From contig CAJNYD010000407.1 of assembly GCA_905331295.1 (NCBI GenBank), positions 372,001 through 417,398 of the forward strand: a stretch of 45,398 nucleotides of DNA. Reading direction: 5' to 3'. The DNA comes from Rotaria socialis (lineage: Eukaryota). Shown piece after piece: positions 27,875-39,800 of the stretch. The number at the start of each line of letters is the position of its first letter. Position 1 is the stretch's first letter. The position numbers were made by a program, and so were the translations under genes. Below the pieces are notes generated by a model that searched no databases, was not told the origin of the DNA, and saw only the letters and a program-made list of their open reading frames with translations.

Positions 27875-28448
27875 GATCAATAGATGATCTTAAAACAAAA
27901 AACGTTGAAATGTGCTGTTGTATTTAACAAAAAATATGAAGAATAATCTAGAAACAAATATATGAGTCAATATTTTTTTAAGAATAAAACAAGCCGTTTA
28001 GAAAGGCGACGAGAAGGAAGAAAAATTAGTAATCGCGTTTCTAACTTTATCGATATGCAGAGTAACATATTGAGATCTGTTGTGAATAGAATGAATGCCT
28101 TTAAAACAAAGAAAAGCTAATCTATTCCTTAGATCTATGTGCAGAATAATAATAATGTCTAATTGTGAACAGTAAAATATCAAAAAAAGAATAACTAGCG
28201 GATGGTAACAATGCAAAAAAAAAGAATTTTTCTATTCAATATGCATTTTACTTCAGCATTCTGCATTAGTATGAAGAAAACAAAAGACACATATTGCGTT
28301 GAGTTTTTTTAAACCCAAAGAAAAACTCTCACAAAAAAAATTTAATTCGATTTCAAACAATATAATAACAAAACTATCATAATTCTATGCCATAAAATGT
28401 CTTAATCAATCTAAATAAAGCGCCAGTCAATGCTTTGCTTATCTTTCT

Positions 28449-30488
28449 ATGCAAGAAAGTTCGACAGAATCTAATAATATTAATGAACTAGATTTCGATC
28501 CTAATAATAATTCTTTCAGACCTTGTGTTTATTTTCTTAGCTCATGGTTAGATAAATATAAAAAAAGTAAACTAGAATTCTATTCTGTTACATTCGGTAT
28601 ATCGGGCATTAGTTTAATTGCTCTTGGTCTATGTGTTTTTATTATAATCTATACAGCATATGATTATTATGGAATAAATAAAATTAATTGTTCCATTGTA
28701 AATATAACACATACGCATGTGAAATTATGTGAAGCACGTCGGTGTCAAATTTTTAATTACTGTATTCCTTACATATGTACAAGTAAGTAAAATTGGTTTT
28801 GTTTCAAAGAAAAACAGAAAAAAAACTTATTTTTAACTAGTTGTGTTTGTACACTATGATTACAATAATCTTTCATATGAATCAAAACTTTTCCCATTTA
28901 ATCCGAATATAAATTCATCATGTTCTTATGAACCATCATCATGTACATCTCGTTTGCGTATTCAACTCGAGCAAATAACATTTCTAAAAAAGCTCGATTT
29001 TAATCGTTCAAAAATAGATCAATGTTGCCTTCATTCATTAACTCAACAGCCTATAATATGCAAGAATCATCTTAATTCTACGCAATATTCTATTAGTATT
29101 CTATCTATTATTATTTGTTTTTTAATAGGCTTAATTTTTATTTCTATTGGAATAATAACACAATTACATCTTAATGATTATTTGAAATCTTCTCATAAGC
29201 ATGACGAAGACTTTCTTGATACAATACTAAATTTTCATTTTAGTAATGGTACATTAGGATCAGGTATTGAAAGAGCAACACCCGTTAATTATGATATATT
29301 AACACAAGGACTAAGTCATCAAAATACACCATCCACAACAAAGATTCATCAAAATGATGATTTACTTTTATTTGATATTGATGAAGAAAATGAAATATTT
29401 CAAAAAGAATGTTTACATATTAATCATCAAGAGAAGCTACAGAATGAAATTATTCGGTTAGTTCAAAATGACGTCCGCGTTAGAATATCGTATAGAAAGT
29501 TGCAGAAGATTTTCTTTATTTATACACTGAAAAACGAAAAGAGTCTTCCTCAATTTTCTAATACTTGATCATTCTCGAGTAGATTTTGTGATATAGGGAT
29601 TACAACGAAATTAGTGCTGTTTAACAAAAAAAAACAAACGTACAATTCAGTTCACTAATATTCTAAAGTAAAAGTATCAGCTTTATTCATGAATGTGTGA
29701 TGCGATTATCATACTTCTGTGTTAAGATTGGAACAGCAGCAAGACCTGATATATTCAGGAAAAACTATTTTTGACAAAGCTTGTATCTATGTCAAGTTAC
29801 AAATCGAAATTAGAAAGTGTATTTTTCAGGTAGCACTGAAAATGATCATAGGATTCATTATTGACACTAACAAAAAAATACAGATTATTCACGGTAATAG
29901 ACGGGCGACAAAAGTTCGTACCAGACTATGTACAGTTTATTTGAGTTTAGTTAATTCACAGATTCAACTCGTAAGTAATGCATTAGTTGTGATGTTTCTA
30001 GATACTTACTACAATTGCTGTTAATCGAAGAGACATTCACAATAATTTCATAGAATAAAAGAGATGAACAGGTTGATTCCGAATATTACTCTAGCGTCAA
30101 TTAAAGTAAAATGAAATACTATTATAAAGGCTAGTAAAGCAAAAAAAGGAAACATTCTAGAAGTTATCTAAATATCGATATTATTACTTTTCCTATACTG
30201 AATTTTGTTTTTACCTTCTTTAGACAATATGAATTAGGCAATGAAGAAATAAAAGCTACATTGAAGACAATTGAAAATGAATTTCAACAACAAAAAAATG
30301 GAAATTTACCAGAAAATTCCATTGAACGAATTCGAGATCTACTAGAAAAAGTCGATCATCTTGATCTTTATTTTCCAACAATACATCAACAAATATCAAT
30401 GGATGAAATATCCAATTCTATAAGTCTCGACCATCAACCCTCACCTATTTCTGTTTTACATCCACATGTTCATTTTCGCATGAAATAA
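28449..30488 (+). CDS. Two-transmembrane protein with Cys-rich extracellular loop, BK channel beta (KCNMB)/TipE-like; 3 exons (28449-28782, 28841-29456, 30224-30488)
   Basis: TM1 (VTFGISGISLIALGLCVFIIIY), Cys-rich loop with N-glycosylation sequons and motifs YICTIVFVHY and NSSCSYEPSSC, TM2 (ISILSIIICFLIGLIFISIGII). Donor CG|GTTAGT at 29457 splices in frame to the acceptor at 30223, explaining ORF 30261-30488; AATAAA at 30484 and 30513. Gene is well supported, family is tentative. Confidence 0.7.
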
Positions 30489-30603
30489 AATGGTTTCTTT
30501 TTCCTTTTCTTTAATAAAACAACAATTTCAAAATGTTGTACTTCTTCTTATGAATAACTATTAAAAACAAACAAAACAGCTTACAGAAGAACTTATTATT
30601 TCT

Positions 30604-32134
30604 TTAATGACTTAAACTCTGGTTGTGCTCTAGAGCTAATTGATCAAATGATGATTCAATAGCATGAATTTTAAGATAATCAATTTCGAGTGGATGCAAT
30701 TGACCAGCAATAACAAGTGAATGTAACGGACGACCTAAATCAACTTCATCAGCCATTCTACGTAAAGTTGTTGTTATAAATTTTTCATCTGACCAACCAA
30801 TACGTGCTGCACCTACACATAGTGTTTTATCGTTGATGACTAGAATAGAAAGTAATTTACATAAATATTAATCAGACTTTACCAAAACAAAAATGATTTT
30901 ATGTGTCTTCTAAAAAAATCGTATCTTATTAGAAGATTCTATTTTCAAAGATTATATCATAGCTGCTCGTACTATCTTACTTTGATAAAAAAAAAAGAAC
31001 GATAGTAATTTTCTCTACGGACAGTAGGAGTGGTGGTACGCAATCATCAGTAGCATAGACTATAATTTGATTGTTCTCGGATTAAAATTCATACGAGAAG
31101 TCATCTGCAAATAGTATGATATATCGCATTTTATTCAGTGATGCTTAGATTGTTTCAAAGGTTGACCTCTAACGTCATGATTATTTGTTAAATGAATATT
31201 TGTCTTCATTCATCGCAAGTAACTATTTGAATGTCAAAAAAATTAAAAAAAACTTACTGTCTTCAACTTGTAACTCTTTAGCTGATTCAAGAATTTGTGA
31301 AGCTGCTTGTGATGTTGTCATAAAACGAGGTGGTAAATATGTTTTAGTTTTCCTTTAAAAACTTTTAATTAAAATTTCAATACAACAACCAAAAGTCAAC
31401 AACAAACTTCATATAACTAGTTTCATCTTGTTCTTTTATTTTGATATCTAAAATTTTCAATTTGATAAAAATCTATCGATTGAAAAACAAAAATGTAAGA
31501 ATCTAACCTAATAAACAAAGTGTATGCAGACCACGTCGTCGATTAGCAACAATTTTTTCACAAAAACTTGTTGGTCGCCATGTATCTGTCCAAAATACAA
31601 TGGAAACTGTTTCACCAAAATGATATAACTTCGCATAAAAATACACATTATATGTATACTTTTTATTTATCTAACAAAATAATCTTCTACCTGCAATCCA
31701 GAACTACCAATAGCATTCATTATTGAAGCATTATGAATTACTTTATATGGAATATTAAGTTCAACAGCACGTAAAATTAAATCAGTATGAGTTGTTGCTG
31801 AAAGTGGATCACCACCGACAAGAAATGCAATATCGTAATCTCGAGCATTAGCTAATATTTTATCTTTACATGCCCAAAACAAAAAAAAACACAAAGATTT
31901 AATGATTCATGTTTATTTTAGACATGTTGTTTTCTCACCTGCCGAAAGTTCAACAAGTTCTCTATCAGCTGCTATTATCGAAATTCCTAAATATTCTTCT
32001 AATGTCTTTTGATCGACTTGTAAAATAGTTGTATAGGTTTCCAAATAAACTTCTTTACAATTTTTAATGATACGTAAACCTTTAACAGTTATATCATCTA
32101 CATCAGCTAAACCGAGTCCAATAAAATAGAGCAT
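30604..32134 (-). CDS. DPH5: Diphthine methyl ester synthase, multi-exon
   Basis: [96 protein letters not shown]. Confidence 0.96.
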
Positions 32135-32201
32135 ATCTAAAAACAAAGAGTATGAATTATATCCTTTCTTGTATTTTATTCATAAGAAAACAAAAAGCTA
32201 A

Positions 32202-32691
32202 TTATGTTAACATAGCGTCTGATGTATTTAAAGTAATTTTCTTTTTTTGTTTTTTTCCTGGTGTTTTCGATTTTTTGTTTTTTGCAATTCGTTTTACTAC
32301 GGCTTGTTTAGCTTGTAAACGTTTTCGTTGACGACCACTTAACCATGATGGAAATTGACCATCTTTATTTTTTAATGTACGAACATTGTATTCCGTTGTT
32401 GTATTTGTACTAATTTGCATCTCTTCTAGATAAAATCATATTTTTAATTCTTTGTATATATTTTTTTCTTAAAACTTACTATCATCATCTAATGAGTCAT
32501 TCTTTGCCGCTAATAAGAAGAAAAAAATTGAAACATAATTATTTTACAACAGAAAAAAAAAAGATTTCTTTACGTATGAATGTATCCTTCTTCATTGATG
32601 CCAATCGTTTTGCTTCATCCTTCTTCGATAGTTTGTCTCGAAGAAGTTTACGCATTGCACGCATATGTTTACTTCGTTTACTTTTAGCCAT
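32202..32691 (-). CDS. LLPH: Protein LLP homologue (LAPS18 family); 3 exons
   Basis: MAKSKRSKHMRAMRK N-terminus and RTLKNKDGQFPSWLSGRQRKRL motif, basic C-terminus. Confidence 0.88.
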
Positions 32692-32896
32692 CTAAAAATT
32701 CAAATGAAAGAAAAATACAGATTATATTTGTTAAGCTTTTCTTTATGAACATTCTATCTCGTGCTAAAAACAAAACATCTGTGGTTTCATCGAAATCGAA
32801 ATTCCAAACTACATTAATGAAATAAACAGATCTGTCATATTTGTTTTTGTTTTAAAAATATTGTTGTCTATACAATTAAGAGTATATTGTAATTAA

Positions 32897-35492
32897 TCAC
32901 AAAATTTGTGTTGAAGCGCTTTGACTTTGATAAATAATGGCACCAACAAAATTGACACCACTTGCTAAAATAAATACTGGAAACCAGCGACCATGACTGG
33001 CAACAACTAATTCAGCGGTAACAGGACCGGCTAATATTCCAGGTATTGTTGCAAGAGTATTCGATATAGCGAATGTTATACCAGCATGATTAGGTGCAAT
33101 ATCGGCATGATTTGATAGATGACCAGCGGAATTGCATGCACTTAAACCCATGCTTATTGATATAAAACTAAAATATAACATTAAAATCTTAGATTTTAGA
33201 TAAAAAAAATAAAGCTAAAATAGACATTACACAACAGCAAGTAGAAGATTATCAACTGAAATAAATAGCAACATGAATAGAGCAGGTCCAAGTAAGCCAA
33301 TAGCAGTCATTAATCGACGAACAGATAAAACTGTCCATCGATTTTGAATAAGTGAATCAGCGAAGTGGCCGGCAGCTAATACAAATAGAAACAATAATAA
33401 GTAAGAGTATCTGTAACGTAAACAAATACTACGAATAAAAATGTATTTTCATAGCGAATAACGACTTTTCTATCATTGTTTACTCATGTAAAACTTGTCA
33501 ACGAATTTATGTAACCTTGGGCAAGTTTGAGTACTACAATCACTGTTGTGTCTGGATCAAAAAACTATTTGTATGAAGTCAATCGGAAGCTATTGTTTAA
33601 TGATAAACAAGTTCAAATAAATATCACTATAAACTAACTAAACTTATAAGACAGCAAGACTATTTACTTACAAATTATATTCCGATATAATGCGAGTTCA
33701 CTGCTGAAACTAATACACATACACATATATACGAATGAGAATGTCTCATTGAAGCGTCTAGACTGAGAGCATACTAGCACATCCAAATTTAGTATTTTAA
33801 GTAATGCATTTATTATCAGACTAAGTATTTTTATTTAATCATAATAATGATATATTATGATTAAATTTTACTTTCATGAACTATCTCAGTAGATTTAAGA
33901 TAGGTCTAGGTCACCCTAAAAGCACATATTAATCTATATCTTTTGATTATGACATGAAGATTCATGTAATATGAAAAATATGAAGTATCAGTCTTTCGTC
34001 ACTATCTTTTTAAAAATAATATTAATCATATTCAAAATGAAGACATACACAAAAACATGGAGATACAACGAATGTTTTTATCTTCAAATATTTTCTCAAT
34101 AGAAAAAAACTATTTTAGACTACGTCATCTTTGTTCATTTAATAATATCTTGTCAAACGCATGATACAATGTTCTGATGTGACAGTATATTAGATAAACA
34201 GACTTTTTCATTACTCACTCTACAATATTCTTTCGCGAAAAATCTATGAACTGCTTCAGACAGGTTAGCAGTTCACTCTGCAATGTTTCCTATCATTGTC
34301 AATCGAGCGAATGACAAAATCACCTTATCGAAGAAACACCAATAGCAAACCTATCATTGTTTCTGTCTGTCTGTTTTAAGTTAAAGAAAAAAATCGAATT
34401 AATTTTTTATTGAAATAATGACTTCATCCTAAGATATATTTTCTGATTTAACTTACCGACACCTAATAAACAATTCATGACATATGGAAATGCTGTAAAC
34501 GATAAATTCGTCGGATCTGCATCGAATGTTTTGGTTAAATACGATGGTAACCATACCATAACAATATAAGATGACCAATTCATTGAAAAATGTGCAATAT
34601 AAATTGCCCATAGTGGCCAATGTGAGATAAATTCAATCCATCTATAACTTTTATTTCCTAACTAAGAAAAACAAGATATATTATATATGATGAATATCTA
34701 TTGTGAATTGATAATTACTTTTGATGATGGATGAAGAAAGGCTTCATCAGCGCCAACATTTCCAATATTAAGATTCAAATCGCGATAACTTACAATCCAT
34801 AAAAATGTCCACAAAAAACCAATAAAACCAAAGAAAAAGAAAACAGTACGCCATGCTATATGAGGACATATCTAAGACAAAAAAAATCAAATTAAGTGTG
34901 ACACAAAAATCAACATTGTCTTTGTCATACCAATGCTGCAAAAGTTTGTCCCACTGAGCCTAATGCTATAAGATAACTAAACGACCTAGATCGTTCTTCC
35001 ATCGGTACATAGTTACTGAAGACATGAAATATCGTTGGTAAAGCTTTAAATAAAATAAAAATTTAGTTGTTATTCTATTTTATGTTTCTGCATTTACCTA
35101 AACCTTCACCAAATCCTAGAGCAATTCTTGAAAAAATAAGTAAAAAAGGTAACGGTGCCAAAAACGGTGTCGCAAATGTTACTAATGACCATGTGAAAAC
35201 TGCTAAAGCAAGAACGGCCTTTGTGCCAAAACGTCGTACAAATATATGAGCAAATAATTGGCTAGTTAAATAACCGATTGGAAACGATGATAAAATATAA
35301 CCTTGCAAAGGTAAATTCCAATTTAATTCTTTTGCCATAGGAATAATTGCAACTAAAATAAGTAGAATTTTTATTCATTGAAAATCTTCTGCAGAAATAC
35401 GCGACTTTACTTGGCATAATCGCTCGATCTGCAGCATTTATGAAATTTGCAAGCGAGCAAAGTGTTACGGTGCGAGATTTTCCGAACGACAT
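32897..35492 (-). CDS. MFS anion:cation symporter family (SLC17; SLC17A9/sialin-like) transporter, multi-exon
   Basis: NFINAADRAIMP, GYILSSFPIGYLTSQ, SRIALGFGEGL, WPLWAIYIAHFSMNWSSYIVMVWLPSYL, NHADIAPNHAGITFAISNTLATIPG. Confidence 0.88.
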
Positions 35493-35919
35493 TTATTTAA
35501 AAAAACAAAAAGGCGAATTTCGTTTATCCATCAATATATGTGTATTCATCAAAAATTATTCTATTGGTTAGTCCTAGCCAGAAAAAAAAGTCACCTTCAT
35601 ATCGTTAGATGTCGTGTTAAAAATAAATTGATTCGAATATGTTGATTTTTCACTAATTACTTTCTATAGTTACAAAATAATTTTTTATTTTCAAATTAAA
35701 TAATATTAATAGAAAAGAAGAACGGACCCTTTCCATTCAACTGTCCTCCTTAATTGCATTCAACGAGATGCGTCGGATTGGTAAACTAACGATAAACATG
35801 GAGTCTAAATCACATACAACGACAAACATTATATTGTTGTGTTTTGCTCTTAGAATTTTTATAGAATTTCTTCGTTTCTTTTAAGATCAGTTTTATAGTA
35901 CCTTTTACAAAAAAAAAAC

Positions 35920-36607
35920 ATGGGTATCAGCCGTGACCATTGGCATAAACGACGAAAGACTGGTGGCAAACGACCACAACCACACAAGAAACGAAAATTC
36001 GAATTAGGTCGGCCAGCGGCTCTTACCAAATTGGGTACAAAGCGTATTCATACTGTACGAACAAGAGGTGGCAATAAAAAATATCGTGCACTTCGTCTTG
36101 ATATTGGTAATTTTTCATGGGGTTCAGAAGGTATTGCAAAAAAAACTCGTGTCATCGATGTTATGTACCATCCATCGAACAATGTTTGTATTTTTTCAAT
36201 TACTTGATTTTTTAAAAATTCTAATTGTTTTTCTTTCTTATTAGGAGTTAGTGCGTACAAAAACATTAACAAAATCAACCATCGTACAAATCGATGCTGT
36301 GCCATTCCGTCAATGGTATGAATCCTATTATGCAGTACCACTTGGCCGTAAGAAAGGTGTTAAATTAACTGAAGCTGAAGAAGCTGTACTCAATCGTAAA
36401 CGTTCAGCTAAATCAGCAAAGAAAATAGCCGTAAAACAACGTCGCGCTAAAGTCGAACAAGGACTTGAAGAGCAATTTCAAGCTGGACGTGTCCTCGCCT
36501 GTATTGCATCTCGACCGGGTCAAAACGGCCGATGTGATGGATATGTGCTTGAAGGCAAAGAACTCGATTTTTACATGAAGAAGATCAAACAAAAAAAATC
36601 CAAATAG
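35920..36607 (+). CDS. RPS8: 40S ribosomal protein S8 (eS8); intron 36184-36244
   Basis: [18 protein letters not shown]...[10 protein letters not shown]...[22 protein letters not shown]. Confidence 0.99.
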
Positions 36608-36801
36608 AATATGCATGTTTAAATGAAAAAAAATTGTTTCTTTTTGTGTCTTGTATCATCATCGTTTTGTTATTCTAAACAAAAAAAAACAATAACAACA
36701 AAGGCTTACAAGAAGAAATGTTTTGGAAAAAATAAAGAAAACAGCATAAAAATAAAAATATCTGATTTATGTTTTTGTTTTCTAGATAGAAAATAAAAAT
36801 C

Positions 36802-39800
36802 ATGACCAGTTCAGATTCAGTTGAACAAAATAAACAACAAGAAGGAAATAAGGATGATGCAAAAAAACCAATTGAAGTTAAAGAAGAAGATTTAGTATGT
36901 CGCATAGGATTATTTGAGATTAGACTTTGATATTATTTATTTAGTCGGAAGAAGATAAACAATTAAAAGAAGAACTTGAATTATGTGTTGAGCGTTTAAA
37001 AGTAAGTTCGCAAATATAACAATAACGCTTTAATATAAAGTTTTTTTTTCTCTTTTTACAGGAGAATGATACGAATTTATATCGAGCCGCACTTGAAACG
37101 CTTCGACAAAAAATTCGTGAGTCAACTAGTTCAATGACAAGTGTACCAAAACCTTTGAAATTTATGAGACCATTTTATAATGATATGATTGCAATTTATG
37201 AAAAAATTCTTGATGTTCATAATAAAGTATTTATTTTATTGTTACTTTTCAATAGGCTTATGTCTACATATAAATTATGTTTTTTTTCTTTAGGCTCTAT
37301 GTGCTGATATTGTTTCAGTCCTTGCTATGACAGCAATTGACACCAAAGAAGTACTCAAATATCGTTTATTAGGTTCAAATCAAGATATCGGCACGTGGGG
37401 CCATGAATACATTAGGTGAGCAATTCTATTCAACTAATTGCATGATTTTATTGAATCCATAACATATAATTTATAAATCAGAAACTCATTTAGAGCAGAA
37501 AATATTTAAAAAGTGAATTTTTTTGTAAATATATTTGAATATTTAGAGTAAAATATAAATTGAAGAGTTTTCGTCATTCTTCGAATCCTTTTGAAAAATT
37601 TTTAATGTTGACGGTGGCTTCAAGGCCAACGGAAAAAAGTTTCACAATGTTCTTTGAAGAATAATAAAAAATGGTTAAAAGAAAACGATCCAGCACACAC
37701 ATCAAAGTCTAAATAAAACTAATTTCTGCAATAGACCTTAATATAGGCTAAAACTATCATAATGAATCATGAAGACAAAAAAAAAGGTTGCAGCGGTAAC
37801 ATATACACAAATGAGTAACCCAAATAAAATATTCAAGAAGAATTAAACTAGACGAATAAATTTAATTTGAGTTTACTTGATGTTCAACTGAGTTTTATCG
37901 ATAGAAATTTTTTTTTATTGTAAGTAATTATTACACTTTAATTATTTGAATATCGCACTGATCGCATTTTGGGTTATTCCACGAAAACTTAATAGATCGG
38001 ACATAATGAATCAAATCAAATGCAAATGCAAATTTTCTTTTCATACCAAATATTCATATTTGAAAAGATAGATAAATTTCGCCTTTGATCGGGCCGATCT
38101 ATATTCAAGTTTTCTCTTGCCGGAGATTTGTAAATACAGTCCTGATGATTTTTGAAACAAAGATTTTTCCAAGTAGTACTTCAGTTCGAACAGTCCTATA
38201 TAGACACGCAAAAAAAATGCAGCATTTGACTTTCTATCAGATGTAGTGGCTAATGGAATATGTTGTGCTGTAGTTTAATTGAAAAAAGTTAATATAATTA
38301 CAAGGGCTTTTTCATTGTTCTAAAAGGCGAGCAAATTCGCCAGTGGCGACCCCATCCATTATTTGCTACTTTCGTTTCAAATGTCGCACAAGGAATATAT
38401 GTATCGTTCTCTGTGGTATTGAAAATTTACATTTGGCATGATCATTGATTTTTTTTTCACATTATACAAGATTCCATTGTTTAATAGAATAGGCTAAAAT
38501 CAATATCAAAATAAACCTATTCTTTTTTTTTTGTCTAGACATTTATCAGCAGACATTGCTTCTGAATGGGAATCAACAGGAATCAATCCTGAACTTCGCC
38601 AACGTCTCCTTTCATTAACAAATGAAATAGTACCATTTTTAATGCGTCATAATGCTGAAGCTGATGCATGTGATCTTTTAATGGAAATAGAACAATTAGA
38701 TTTAATTGAAACATTTGTTGATAAAGACACTTTTTCACGTGTTTGTCTTTATTTAACTAGGTAAAACAAATGCATTATTTATCATATATTTAAAAAACTA
38801 ATAATTATTGTATTTTTAGTTGTGTACCTTACGTACCTGAACCAGATGATACAAAACTATTACGTACAGCATGTAAACTTTACCGACATTATGATCAATA
38901 TCCATTAGCATTACGTTGTGCTGTACAATTAAATGATATGGATCTTATAAAAGATCTAGTTAATACATGCCCATCAAGGTAATTAGAATTGTTCAATTAT
39001 TTTCGCGAGTTTCTCTCGTTCTATGGTATCGAACTATTTTTTCTCCTGAGTATATGACTACGGTAATAAACACTGATTGAAAATATTTATTCTCTTTCAT
39101 CCATTCAAATTTACTTAAATTATGGTTCATACATTTTTTTGCAAGAAAAAATTGTCCAACGAAAGTGTGCACCAGGAAACTTATTTCAGAATTTAGTCAC
39201 TCTCTCAGCTGCGACTATTTTTTTTAATGCTAAGAGTGGCTCCATATGTCTGCTTCATAATGATAAAAGTTCACAACACCTAATCTACACCTTAGACATA
39301 GGAATATTATGAAATATGATAATAGCGACGTAACGCTAATTCTATTTCATTCAGTGTTACGATTCTAAAAGATGACTGAGTACAATGGTATTTTTCTGCT
39401 AATGAAAGCTTTTCATATAAAAATAGAAAACTCATTGCAAAAAGATTCGCTGTATTGAAAAAATCATGGTTATTTGCTGTTGAACAGGCACTCTTGATGA
39501 TCAACTAATATCTTGATTATATGAAAACTACTGTTAAAAAAAGTCATGCATCAAATAATAACCATATTTATCTACTCCAATGAGAAGTTGAACGAAAATA
39601 TTGATATCTAAAACATAATTTCAAGTGCTTGTTTGCCGTTCAAGGTTAATTATTCTAAGCATATCAGCTCAATATCTTAAAATTTAGGAGCGATGTGCTG
39701 TGTGGCATTTACCAGTGTTTCGAACTGTTTATTTAATATATTGCCTTTCTATTTTAGTTTAGTCAAGAAACAACTTTCATTTATGTTAGGACGACAACAA

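Noticed and set aside
29719..30024. 101-aa ORF
   Set aside because: Lies in the inferred intron, non-ATG start, no motif.
30261..30488. Separate small gene
   Set aside because: Fits in frame as the last exon of the upstream two-TM gene.
36048..36905. Antisense ORFs over RPS8/PSMD2 (likewise those over SEC61A, MTG1 and CEP164)
   Set aside because: Shadow frames of conserved genes without independent evidence.
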